Origin: the human T2T-CHM13v2.0 reference genome, Homo sapiens
NCBI RefSeq assembly: GCF_009914755.1
Contig: NC_060929.1
Reading direction: 5' to 3' (one strand)
DNA length: 64,000 nucleotides
Every line of letters starts with the position of its first letter. Position 1 is the first letter of the stretch. The notes beneath the pieces are model-generated. The model was not told the DNA's origin. It was given only the letters and a program-made list of their open reading frames with translations, and did no database searches. Shown here piece by piece: positions 1 to 12,076 of this stretch. Position numbers and translations under genes: made by a program.

Positions 1-104
1 ACAGCTTACCCTGTATATCACAGAATATTCCTCTCACCCTATTTCATGTGCCTTAGGATAGTCCCCTTACCTCTTTTATAATAACATGGTAAATTAATAT
101 AGTT

Positions 105-270
105 AGCTCTTTGAAAGGCATAAAACATTCATATCTGTTATATAATTTGATCCTAATAATAATAGGTCCTAGAATTACTACCTTACAGATAAAGAAACTA
201 AAGTTCAGAGAAGTCAAGCAGCTCAAGGTCACATGGAGCTTCTAACACCGACTCCATTGTTCTTTCTCGA
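105..270 (-). mobile_element. MIR SINE fragment
   Basis: ACAGATAAAGAAACTAAAGTTCAGAGAAGTCAAG...CAAGGTCACA resembles the reverse-strand MIR core. Confidence 0.6.
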
Positions 271-1162
271 CACTGTCTCCAACTTACTTTATCTGATTCT
301 CCATTGAAAAAGACTACAGTCTATTCTTACTACCCGGTAGCAAAATTTCATTACATTCCATAAATCTGTTAGCTAAAGAATGTAATTCCTGTTTAACTTG
401 AGAGCCTGTATGTCTTAAGGCAGACTTGTGTTACAATAATTCCTCTAATTTGCAAGCGCTTTTTCACATATATTATGTACTTGAAATAAACTAGACGCTA
501 ACTCCTACTCAGGTATAAATGGAGAAAAAAGTATCTCTCCAGAGCATTATTCAACATAAAGCTCATGAAATAATTTGCAGAGGCACAAGGTTCATCCTGC
601 CTAAGCAAATTAAACAATTTTGTTAACCCTGATGTCTTTTGTTAGAAGTGAAATGTATGATAACTGTGTTGGCTCTGTACTACACGGCACCCAGAAGCCT
701 TTGTTTGCTCTCAGCTAGAGCTATTTATACCCCAGGATATTGATATTCTGCTACTTAATCAAAAAGTACAACTAAAAATAAATATAAATGTCACATTCTT
801 TTGAGTATGCAAAGAGAAAACAAAGGAAAAATAACAATCAAAGAATTATTTATAAACATTTTGAATATATTCTTCATTTTTTCCAAAAGTCTTTAATTTT
901 TGACCAATCATTATATTCAGAAGATGTAAGAGGCGATAAAACTTGAACACATTCCTTATTAGATTGTATATTTGTCCAGTTTCACTTAAAAGTAAATTTG
1001 GATATTATTGATGGCGGGATTGAAGGAATAACATATTTTTCCCTGTATTGGCATATCTTGGGAAGATATTTGATGTTGCTGCCTAGGAAGTGTCATGATA
1101 TTCATGTTTCTGTCCAAAGATGGGTGGAGGAATCATCTAGGAATAAATTTGGAGATGCATGT

Positions 1163-1713
1163 CGTTAGGGAAGCAGGAGCTTAGGAAAGCTGAAGTAATG
1201 CCATTTTAAGTAAAACCCCATCTTAAAACTAGCAAGGCACATTCCTTGCCAGTTACAACCCATGGTCCTAAGATGTTTATAGCTAAGGAAGCAGCTTAGT
1301 AATGCTTGCAAGGACAAGCTCCTACAACAGAAAGTCCAGATGTTCCAATACCCATGACAATATATGCTTTCAAGATAATTATAGTTATGCTTTGATGTCC
1401 TTACACACTAAAATGTCAAGGATAGTTTTCTTTAAATCAATAGAATAATAAATTTTGTCATGCTGTCAGCCCACCCGCACGTAGGCACAGCTTAGTTTAG
1501 TCTTTACATTTTTCTTTTTTATATAAGAACAACTTAAAACAAAGGCAGTGCATTCCTCCCCTTGCTTTTCTAAAGATGTCCTCCTCTGTAACAGACTAGC
1601 TCTCAATAAACTATCTCTTCCCGCTAAACTCTGGGACTCCTTGAATTCCTTTCTGTGTGAGATCCAAGAACCCTCTCTTGGGGTCTGGATCAATACCCCC
1701 TTTTCTGGTAACA
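1163..1713 (+). mobile_element. Solo ERV1 LTR, MER41 family (MER41C-like)
   Basis: Starts (C)GTTAGGGAAGCAGGAG and ends GAGATCCAAGAACCCTCTCTTGGGGTCTGGATC...GGTAACA; TATA-like element and AATAAA inside; 4-bp TSD ATGT (1159-1162 / 1714-1717). Confidence 0.85.
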
Positions 1714-2149
1714 ATGTCAAAGGACACAGTGGAAAGACAATTTTGGAATGTCATTGTGTGCAGAAAAAGAAGGTAGCTGGCCAGAGGATTGCTTTATTTA
1801 AAAAAAAAAAAAAGAAAGAAAAAGAAGAAAAAATAGACTATTTTTAGAGCTATATGAAGTTTACAGAAAGATTGTAAACGAATTACACTCCTTCCCCCAT
1901 GCTCTCCCCACCCCCAAACTGTTTTCCTCTTATTAACATCTTGCATTGGTGTAGTACCCTTATTACTACCAATGGACCAATATTGATACATCATTGGGTA
2001 CACTTTTTAGAGACAACAAATTCCAGAGTTACGTAAATCAGTGAAGCTATTTAGGGATAATAAGTAATTAATAACAGCGTTTTGAAGAGCATATTGGAGG
2101 AAGTCAAGTATTATAGAGACTTTTTACTAATTCAAACTAGTGCAGCATG

Positions 2150-2570
2150 AGATTAACTTTTCTGGGGGCTTCTAGGAAAGCAGATTCCTCCATTTTCTGT
2201 GGTATCTTTCAAAAGCTAGTCCTCTCTTTCTTTTTTTCCCTTTATTTTAATTTAATTTAATTTTCTAGAGACACAGTCTTGCTTCATTGCCTAGGCTAGA
2301 CCTCTCTACAGTCTTTTTACCAGGACAAGAGAAACCAATTTTAGAATGAAGATGATGATGTACAAGGCAGAGAAGAGAGACCAACAAAACAAGAAAAAAC
2401 AAAATAAATCAATTTTATTTTGATGTCTTTAAGTCATTGAATCAAATTTGTCCTGAAGCTTATACTGTACTACTTAACAATCTGTTGAACCAGTAAATCC
2501 TCTTTATTGTTTAAGCTAGTTTCAATTGGATTTTCAGTGCTTGCAATATAAAGCATTCTAAATGATATAT
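2150..2570 (+). mobile_element. Old MaLR LTR (MLT1-type) with a small Alu/FLAM fragment near 2240-2300
   Basis: 3' end TAAATCCTCTTTATTGTTTAAGCTAGTTTCAATTGGATTTTCAGTGCTTGCAA is typical of old MLT1 LTRs. Confidence 0.5.
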
Positions 2571-3999
2571 AATCATATTAAAGGTAACTGCGTAGTTTTG
2601 TCATCCTCTTGAATGTTCCTATCAGGCATTGTTATTGATAGACATCCAGATCAACTGCTCCAATCAAAAATCTGTAAACCGACTAGGCAAGCTGCAACCC
2701 ATGTGCAAATTTCTTCCCTAATTGTCTATGTCTGTGACTGTGTGTGCTGTCATATGTGTATTTACTCACAATTGTTGACTGTGCTGGAAAAGATCATGGC
2801 ATCTGAAGGAACCATGGTAGTACAACCGAAGTCCCAAGACGCAACGATATTTTGAACATTCCTTACACCACTTAACTTCACAAAAAGGCGCAAGAGAGCT
2901 CATTGCCTAACACAATTTGGTGTGAAAAATAGAGGGGAGTACATATAGCATGATGCTCTTTATATAAAGTTAAAAACACAATTCTTCAACTACTGTTTAT
3001 AAATTCCCGAAGACTACATAAAAAGAAAAGCACTGGAATTATGAAATAGGATGCTGAATGATGGCTCTTTCCAGTTGATACGAACCACAAGGTTAGTTAC
3101 AGGTTTCCGCCGTGGTCCTGACTTTTGTCTTGTGTGGTGCTTTTGCAGATGCTTATTACATTATTATTAAAAAAAAACCAATTAAATAACATCTTTAAAG
3201 ATTAGAGAGTAAAATTGTGTAAAACATACCCATATATTTTGTTTCCCGTTTGGAATTAGACAATTTCAGAAATTAAACACAGTACATCAATAAAGGGTCC
3301 TAAGTAGAAGATGTGTTTCCAAAGAACTTTTCAGATATCTCATCATTTTCTGGCTCAGCTCTTCCTTCTTCATTCACAGCATAAAGGTTTTTCATTGGTT
3401 TGCGTATTTGCTTAAGTTGGAACGTGGCAGGTAATGGCTAACCATGTTAGATTAGTCAAATCAAATCCCATACATTCTTCCCTGCTCTACTGTCTCCCAG
3501 GAAGCCTAGGAATATATTTTCAGTGACTAATGCTCTGAAATTCTTTTATTCCTGGCAAAATTAACTGATTTAGTCATCTAGTTCTTTAATTTACAAATTA
3601 CAAATAGCTTCATCATGTATAATGTCAGAGAACATTCTAAGAACAGTTTGGACCAAAACTTTTGACCAAACTAATTAGCTCAGTTTGTCTATACAGCAGA
3701 TTAATTACAATGAAGAATATATCTGGATCTCTGACAGTCTGTCCACCCTAGAGATGATGCATGGATGTTAGTGTTGGTGGTCAAGACTCGCTGTTCTTAG
3801 TGTCTAGACAGGGTCTAGGAGGGGAAGACCTCAGCGGGATCTACAACAGACCTGTAGCCCCAAACCAAACTTCATTCATCTATACTTCTACATGTGTTAT
3901 TTGTTATGAAATAGTCTTTTCAGCCACATCTGCATGTGAGGATAGTAATCAATGTCAGCAGAATTTTTTTGTAACAGATAATTACATATGTGCATTCAT

Positions 4000-4026
4000 A
4001 CACACACACACATACACACACACACA
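4000..4026. repeat. (CA)n microsatellite, imperfect
   Basis: Read directly from the sequence. Confidence 0.9.
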
Positions 4027-7000
4027 AATGTAAACATACATTTAAATTTTTTTCAGAAATCATCTTCTTTCTTCAATAAATCATTCTTCTTTGGGCACCA
4101 AAACACCAAAAACCCTCTTATGTGATCCCAAACAAGTTGTTGTTTTTTCAAATCTAGTGGGTAATAAACCCAGTTTCTAGTATTGTAATAAGGTCATATA
4201 TGAATATTCATAAAGTCATGTCATGCATTTTAGGCAAGCAAATGGCAGACTTGGGATTTCTCTTTTGACATCCAAGTATGAAAATTACTCTCTCTATTTC
4301 ATTTATAAAATGATTACTATTCCTCTAACACTGACTTTTAATTTACTTATCAGTGGTGAAACTATTTTTCTTTTGTGAATTAAGAATAAAGTTGTTGAGC
4401 AAAAAGTGGATTCTTGCTGAGAAATGTAGGACATTCAGGAAAGACCTGCAGTGTATTATGACTTGGTTTAACTACTAAACACTAATTCAGTTTCAACAAT
4501 AACTCTCATTAGAGGATGTAATTTCTTTTGAAATACATATGAGAGGTTTGGATATTTTCTTCTTCACATATATTTGAGTGACTTATTTAAAAAATATTTA
4601 CAGTTCAGGTACATTTCAATTCCTTAAAAATCGGTGTTTCAGAATGACAAGAAGGATTTAATTAAGTTAAATGTAGTCTATTTTCTCACTTGTGGCCTGC
4701 ATGTATCAAAGTCTTAGCATGATTATTAGAACTTAAAATTGAGAAAAGTGTTCTAGATTTGCACTGAAGAAAATGTAAAGGCCTTTTCAATATGTCTAGT
4801 TAATAGATGTGAACAATAGACTTGTACCTGCAGTGCATGAATGAAGGAAAGTAGCTTATGTGGGGTGCAAGAACAGGATCACTGAGGGTCTTGTGGGTCA
4901 GAAATGGAATTTTAAAACCACTCCACTGCTTCAGAAGAAAACCATATAAAGAATAAAGTCATAAGATGTGCTCTGAGGCTGGGGTGTGAGCTAACAACCT
5001 GAAGGCAACCACCTTCAAAAGCTGTGCAGAAGTGCTCTCAACCCACTCTCTAATGTATTCCAAGGCTAGAGCATGGCTTCTCCACCTACTGATCCTCAAT
5101 TCTCACAAAAATACAACCAAAGGACTTTGCTGACCCTGAAACTGGTTTGGGGCCCCCAAGGTTAAAGTGTAAGGTTAAAGAAGTTCTAAGTCTAGACACC
5201 AATAAATAATGACCTGAGCCTCATAAATCAGCATTTTTGCAAACTGCAGCAGGCTGTCTTTGGTTTCTTAAGCCAGCTAAAACTTTAGGCAGGCTTAGTT
5301 CATGGCAACTGTGATCACCTCACCTCAGACTACTTTTTAGAGTTGTTAAACTGGAATAGCATGATTATGTTTAAGGAAGTCAACTTTTTTGTTTAACTAT
5401 GGGGGACATCTTTTGTTTCTAATCAGTAAATTAATAATTCTAAGTATTGATAAAAAGTTATTTAGGAAGGGTCTCCCTCACTAATAGGATTTGTGTCCCA
5501 CTGCTGTTCAAAATGCTTTGCTTATGCAACACTGTTACAGTTAGTGCTTCAGTGATGGTCAAACAGAAGTATTTGACAGTGATTAATAAATCAAAGCCAT
5601 TAAGGATCTGTGGTTTTCGTGTATTTCTTGCTTTCTAGGATTAGTATTAAATGAAATAAATAAGATCCCTTTTAACTTGGAGGAAAGACTGAAATGATCT
5701 GATATGGACAAACTAAAGACACAGTTTAGACACATCCAAATATGCTGAAAATGAGATTAAGAGGAAGAGTTTTAAGTTTCTTAAAAAAAACGAAAGCATT
5801 TATGTTTGCCTGATAGTGATTTCAAAGTTACCCTCACAGCAAAAATTTGAGGAAATATAGTAACTCATAAGAGTGATCATTAGCTACTGGTAAAATGAAG
5901 AGCATAATCCAGTTTCTGGCAAGAGATGCTCAAGCATTTGATATTTTGTATTTTCATGGGAAAATACTCATTTCTGGATTACAATTGAGTTTGGAGAGAT
6001 TTTTGAAAAAGCAAAGTGCTTTCATCCATGCCTTGGTGTGTCATTTTGATTTAAAAAATAGCCCCTCCAGTAAAATTTAGATATTTTTCCAAGAAAGTCA
6101 TGTCAGCATATTTTCTAGCAAATTCAAACAATTTCTTAGAAGTACACTCATCAGTATTAGCAATTATTAGTAATAATGGCAGCTAAATATTTATATGAAC
6201 AATGAGTGCAATTATTTATCTTTAAAATTTACTTGTGATCAAGCAAGCATACTCTTTACCTAATATTAAACTGTGCACTGGTGAGTGAACATTTTTTCAT
6301 TTAATATCCTTATTCGCATTTTTCTTGATGCTTATTTGTATATTTCTATTGATGTAATAGCTTGCAAGAAAAAGAGCTCATGTCTCTGCCTGAAGGTGAA
6401 ATCTTATGAATATGCAAATAATGTTTTGATGAGATGAAGTTTTTCTTTGGAATGGAACTGTTCCCTCTTAGGTTATACTGAATATTAGCCATAGCTTAGG
6501 ACACAAAGCACATGAAGACTGAGTTTTTAAAGAAAAAATATCTGAGAAATAGTTGCTTTCTAGTTATAAAACATGCTGTGTTGTTGAATCTGGTATTCTC
6601 AATTTAGCTTAATGCTTTGTTGTAAAAAAAATGCCATTTAATTTTTATTGCATAGAAGAGTAGTGAACCAGTAATATGAAAAGAAGTATGGATTGTCTGC
6701 CCTGTATGTTGCCCTGTAGTTCTTAAAATGCAAATTCTGGAGGCACATCTTTTAACAGTTTTAATTTAACCTAGTACGATGTGTCCAGATGACTTAAAAT
6801 GTTTCTTTGGTGAACTCTGCAGAATAAACCCAGTTTTTTATAGTATCTTGTTCTGTAAAAATATTCTACTGATGTTCAATTTCAACTCTAGACAAAAATC
6901 TTGTGCACAAACCTCAGTAAAGTATTAGGTTGAGAACTTAGTGAGATAACAGCACTGGCTTCTGAAGCTATTATTGGTGTCTAGACAGGCTGAGTTCTCT

Positions 7001-7068
7001 ATTCAGGGTTAGATTGGCCCTCAGCTGGAGAGGACTGCCTCACTTTCACTTTTCTCCAAACACCAAAC

Positions 7069-7222
7069 CAGTGGTTCTCAAACTTTGGTTGATATCAAAA
7101 ACACCTGGGGATCTTGATAAAAATACAAAAGTCCATGCCCCATCCTAATTTAATGAGCCCAGGTCAGTGTTCTTTTCTGGCTCTCTGAGATTCTGATATA
7201 CACGAAAGTTGGGGAACCACTA
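7069..7222. mobile_element. MER5-type hAT-Charlie DNA transposon (MITE)
   Basis: Termini CAGTGGTTCTCAAACTTT ... AAAGTTGGGGAACCACTA form the terminal inverted repeats. Confidence 0.8.
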
Positions 7223-7733
7223 CACTAAACAAAAGCTTAAAGGAAAATATTGGGATAATAAAAACAAACCTATGAAGTAGGTTAAGCAGTTTGAAAATAT
7301 TTGAGGTATGGCTACAGTTAAATACGATGATTTTTTTTAAAGAGAAAAAATACTTAGTATAGAACTTAATGAAGCAACAATGAAGTCATGTCCTTCTTCC
7401 TCACATTAAGAATTTGGAATCCTTCTGAGCTTTAAACTAATAAAAATTTACAGTTAAAGAAAGAGATTAGGCCCTTGGAAGTTCCAAGATACTGAGTCTA
7501 AAAGTGAGGCAGAGATTTGGAGAGTTATTAAAACACCAATCAGGATAAATTAGGACAAGAATATGACCAATTAAAAAGTGTGAAATCCAGCCGACCACAT
7601 TTCACCCTTAAGGAAAAACTTAGGGTGAAATATGCCTAAGAAGATATATAGGCATATTATATCTATATATGTAGATATATATAGATATATATATCTATAT
7701 CTATTATATAATATATATATAAAAATATAAAAA

Positions 7734-9690
7734 GAAATATGCCTAAGAAGATATATAGATGGCAAATAAGCATTTAAAAAGATGTTCAACATCATTTATC
7801 ATTAGAGAAATAGAAATTAAAATAGCAATGAGATACCACTATACATCTATTAAAATGGCTAAAATCCAAAAAACTGTCAATACCAATTGCTGGCAAGGAT
7901 ACCAAACAACAGGAACTCTCATTCATTGCTGATGGGATGCAAAATGGCATAGCTACTTTGGAAAACAGTTTAATAGTTTCTTATAAAGTTAGCATAGTCT
8001 TACCATATAATCCAGCAACCATGCTCCTAGGTATTTCAACTGATTTGAAAACTTATGTCCACACAAACACTTGTATATGAATGTTTATTCATAATTCCAA
8101 AAAATTGGAAGCAATCAAGATGTCCTTTAAAAGATAAGTGGATAAACAAACTGTTGTACATCCATACAATGGAAAACTATTTAGTAATAAAAAGGAATAA
8201 ACCATTAAGCTATGTAAAGACAAGGAAGAATCTTAAATGCATATTGCAAAGTGAAAGAGATCATTCTAGAAAGCTATGATTCCATTTATATAACATTCTA
8301 GAAAAGGCAAAACTATAGAGACATTAAAAAAAGATTAGTTGTTGCCAAGGGCTTTGGGTGGTAATGGTTTGGGATGTTGATTAGGAGAAGCACAGGGGAA
8401 TGTTTTAAAGTGGTGAGCTTCTTTTATATGTTACTATAATGGTGGCTACATAATGCCATGCCTTTGTTAAAACCCATAAAACTAATGTTATGGCAAAAAG
8501 AATAAAACAATATATGCAAATTTAAAGATATTTCAGAGATTGGAGGATCCCAGAATGAAATGCAACAGTGACATAAGAATCTAATTGTACTGCAATTATA
8601 TGAAATAATCTCACTAAACGTAGTTGAAGAATCAGTTGCTGACCTAAGGAATTTGAAAATGAGTGGAATCTGTAAGACTAATGGCAAAAGCAACTGTACA
8701 TAAGCACCTTATTATAGTTGATCAAGTAAATTTTCCCATGGGGGTATGAATACATATACACAGCATACATGTATACTGGAATTGAAAAGTTAAGTAAATG
8801 GATGATCGCTATGGTTTGAATATGTCCCCTAAAGTTCATGTGTTGGAAATTTAACCCCAAACGCAACAGTGTTGAGATATGGGACCTTCAAGAGGTGATT
8901 AGATCGTGAGAGCTCTGTCTTCATAAATGGATTAATCCTGTTATCATGTGAGTGGGTTAGTTGCCATGGGCGTGGGTTCCTTAAAAAAGTGAGTTTGGCC
9001 CCCTCTTACCTTCTCCCACACATGCTTCCTGGCCATGTGGTGACTTCTATCATACAACATAGTAAGAAAGCCCTCACCAGATGTGGCCCTTTGATCCTGG
9101 ACTTCCCAGCCTCCAGAACAATGAGGCAAATAAACTTTCATTGTTTGTAAATTACCCAGTTGGTGGTATTTTGTTATAGTAACACAAAATGGGACTAAGA
9201 CAATGATGGATGGTGGAAGCCAGGTTTCTCACCCATTGGAGTGGGAGCTTACAAATCAGCAAGTGTAACAGGCTAGAATGATCCATATGGTAATGAATTA
9301 GAGTTGGAGATTTCAATATGAAATCATGTTTAGCTTAACATAGACACAGATGAATAAAGGAAAAAAATTAGAGGTATGTGCATATATACGTGAGTTAGTA
9401 TACACACACATATTTCCTCATTTCACCTTCCCTTTTATCAAACAGCCTAGAGGCAAGGAAGCCCCAGAAGAAACTAGCACACCTAGTACCCAGATTGTGT
9501 TTTGTAATATCATTCTCCAATGAAGGGAACCAGGGCTCCTTGGGGAGATGGCTGATTCTAGAATTGAGGTAGAAAATATACAAGATAAGTGTGGAGTATC
9601 TGGTAGTTCCAGAAAGTAAGGAAGTGCTCAAGAAACAAAAACAGAAAACCACAATGGGCATATGTCAAAGAGATACAGGAACTAGTTAGA
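7734..9690 (+). mobile_element. Old L1 (L1MC/L1MD-like) ORF2 end and 3' UTR, interrupted by an MST LTR
   Basis: AGAAGATATATAGATGGCAAATAAGCATTTAAAAAGATGTTCAACATCA...ATGAGATACCACTA; degenerate ORF 8055-8279 (NWKQSRCP...WINKL) matches the L1 ORF2 C-terminus. Confidence 0.8.
8807..9202 (+). mobile_element. Solo MaLR LTR (MSTB/MSTC-like)
   Basis: (C)GCTATGGTTTGAATATGTCCCC...AATAAAC...AAATTACCCAG...GACTAAGACA; 5-bp TSD ATGAT (8802-8806 / 9203-9207). Confidence 0.85.
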
Positions 9691-9694
9691 GAGG

Positions 9695-9820
9695 CTTCTG
9701 CAGGCTTTACAGGAAGCACAGAGCTGGCATCTGCTTGGCTTCTGTGTAGGCCAAAAGAAGCTTACAATCATGGAGGGAGGCGAAGCAGGAGCAGGCGTAT
9801 CACATGTTCCTGCCATGTGA
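9695..9820 (-). mobile_element. MST (MaLR) LTR fragment
   Basis: TTCTGCAGGCTTTACAGGAAGCA...GGCATCTGCTTGGCTTCTG...AAGCTTACAATCATGG...GCAGGCGTATCACATG. Confidence 0.7.
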
Positions 9821-11406
9821 TTTCTGGTTCTTATAAAATATTAAATCCATGAATTGACACTTCTGAAGCTATTTAAAGAAATTTGTCATAGGCTTTGAAA
9901 TTATAAAGACAGCTCCAAAAATATTTTGAGTAGTTGCAACAACTTTGAGCTAAGTGCCTTACTTCTTAAGGTAAAAGCTCTGAAGGAAAACATTCATTTG
10001 ATGTTTAAGTTTTGGTAAACTTTATTTTAAACATAACAAAATGAACATTACAGTGAACTTATGTGAGTAATTAGTCAATGTACCTAGCATAAAAAAGTGA
10101 AGCAGTTATCTAAATAATTGCTTTATTTGATCACTTCTGCTTGGACTTGTTTCTTTTGTATTTTGCAACAGAGTTATATATGCACAATGTAAAATGTAAA
10201 ATACATTTATAAACCTTGCTATAGAAAAATGGAGGTTCCTGCCTTCTCTTTCCCTGTTCTATTTTCTCTTCCCCAGAAGCACTTCTATCATTTTTGACTG
10301 ATATTTTGATATTTACCTTCATGTCTCCAAATAGGATGCTTGCATAGCCTCTTGGTTTTTTTTTCACAGCTTTAGGTGTTATCTACAGATCTATTGCAAT
10401 AGAAGTTGAAGATCTAGCTTACTTCCCCTCCCTATGTCCCTACAACACATACACAACTTTTCCATTTCTTCATTCTGTATGTATATTTATACCCCAATTT
10501 AGTGTTTACATTATTATGACCATAGTAAATATTATTCATGTGCCACGTGTCTGCCTATGTCATCTAGTAAATAGCTGTGCCATGTAGTCAACAAGTATTT
10601 CTTTTCCTTTCCTGCACAACTTTTTGGATTAATTATTTTATATTATTGTTTGTTTTCTTGGTTTTCCCTGACTTGTTTATCACTAATGCAAGCCCAAACT
10701 CTGTCAACTGTCTAACTTTCTCTCAAGTATATTAAGATGCAGTACATATTCTATCAATTTCTTCTCTTATTCTCAATTTCATCTTATGGAAGAAATCTTT
10801 CCGGGTGTGTTGCTTTGTCAACCCTGCACGATGATAGTTTGGGATCCTCCTTTACCATCATCTTGGGATTCCCTTTGCCTTATTCTTATGCTGATTATCC
10901 TTTGGTTTATTCTTTGGTTTTGTTTTCTCATCTTTTTAATGGATGACAAAACTTTGTACTATTCTTTGGTTTTGTTTTCCCATCTTTTTAATGGAGCAAA
11001 TCCTCAGGCATTCTTCTGAGAAAAGGTACATGGGCAATAATTGAGATCGTACATGTCTGAAAATGTCTTTATTTATACTGAAATTAGATAGGTAGGTTTT
11101 CTAAGTATAGAATTCAAGGGTAGACATCATTTTTGCTTTATAATTTTAAACACATTGTTCCATTGCCCTTGACATTGAAGTATTGCTATTTAAAAATATA
11201 ATGTCATTTCCATCTCTAATCTGTTTTGTGACATGAACCCTCTCATCAGAGTTTCCTGTAGCCAACAGTTTTCTCGAAGTCTGGTGTGGATCTATTTTCA
11301 TCATGTATGCTGGCATTTTAATGAGTTATTTCAATCTGGAAAATCATATGTTTCAAGTCTGAATAGTTGTCTTGTACTGTTTGTTTAATGATCCCCTCCC
11401 CTCCTC

Positions 11407-11528
11407 TGATAGCAGAATTCTAAGATTACCCCCATGATTTCTGCCTTTATAGAAACTCCTCTCCTTGAGTATAAGTGGAAGTTTGAACTTCTAACCAATA
11501 GAATATGGCAAAGGTATCATCACTGGAG
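11407..11528 (+). mobile_element. 5' fragment of an MLT1-type LTR
   Basis: TGATAGCAGAATTCTAAGATTACCCCCATGA...CTTCTAACCAATAGAATATGGCAAAGGT. Confidence 0.55.
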
Positions 11529-11530
11529 GT

Positions 11531-11939
11531 TGGAAAACTGGCTAGCCTTACGCAGAAAACTGAAACTGGACCCCTTCCTTACACTTTATACAAAAATTAA
11601 TTCAAGATGGATTAAAGACTTAAACATAAGACCTAAATCCATAAAAACCCTAGAAGAAAACCTAGGCAATACCATTCAGGACGTAGGCATGGGCAAAGAC
11701 TTCATGACTAAAACACCAAAAGCAATGGCAACAAAAGCCAAGTTTGACAAATGGGATCTAACTAAACTAAAGAGCTTCTGCACAGCAAAAGAAACTATCA
11801 TCAGAGTGAACAGGCAACCTACAGAATGGGAGAAAATTTTTGCAATCTACCCATCTGACAAAGGGCTAATATCCAGAATCTACAAATAACTTAATTTACA
11901 AGAAAAAAACAAACAACTCCATCAAAAAGTGGGCAAAGG
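11531..11939 (+). mobile_element. Internal L1PA ORF2 fragment (primate L1), no 3' UTR or poly(A)
   Basis: Translates to ENWLA...[22 protein letters not shown]...[27 protein letters not shown], close to L1 ORF2p. Confidence 0.95.
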
Positions 11940-12076
11940 CCACCGTCTGGGAAGTGTGGAGCACCTCTGCCCGGCCGCCCAACTGACTAGGAAGAGAGAA
12001 GCACCTCTGCCTGGCCGCCCTGTCTGGGAAGTGAGGAGCGCCTCTGCCTCACCCCTGCACCATCTAAGATGTGGGG
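11939..12076 (+). mobile_element. SVA/SVA2-type VNTR fragment (about 3.5 units)
   Basis: Units resemble CCGTCTGGGAAGTGAGGAGCGCCTCTGCCCGGCCGCC, the GC-rich SVA VNTR motif. Confidence 0.8.

Noticed and set aside
11434-11889. 151-aa ORF as a gene
   Set aside because: It is an internal L1 ORF2 fragment with an ATG borrowed from an LTR remnant.
11939-12076. CRISPR-like repeat array
   Set aside because: The units are tandem with no unique spacers and match the SVA VNTR; the DNA is primate.
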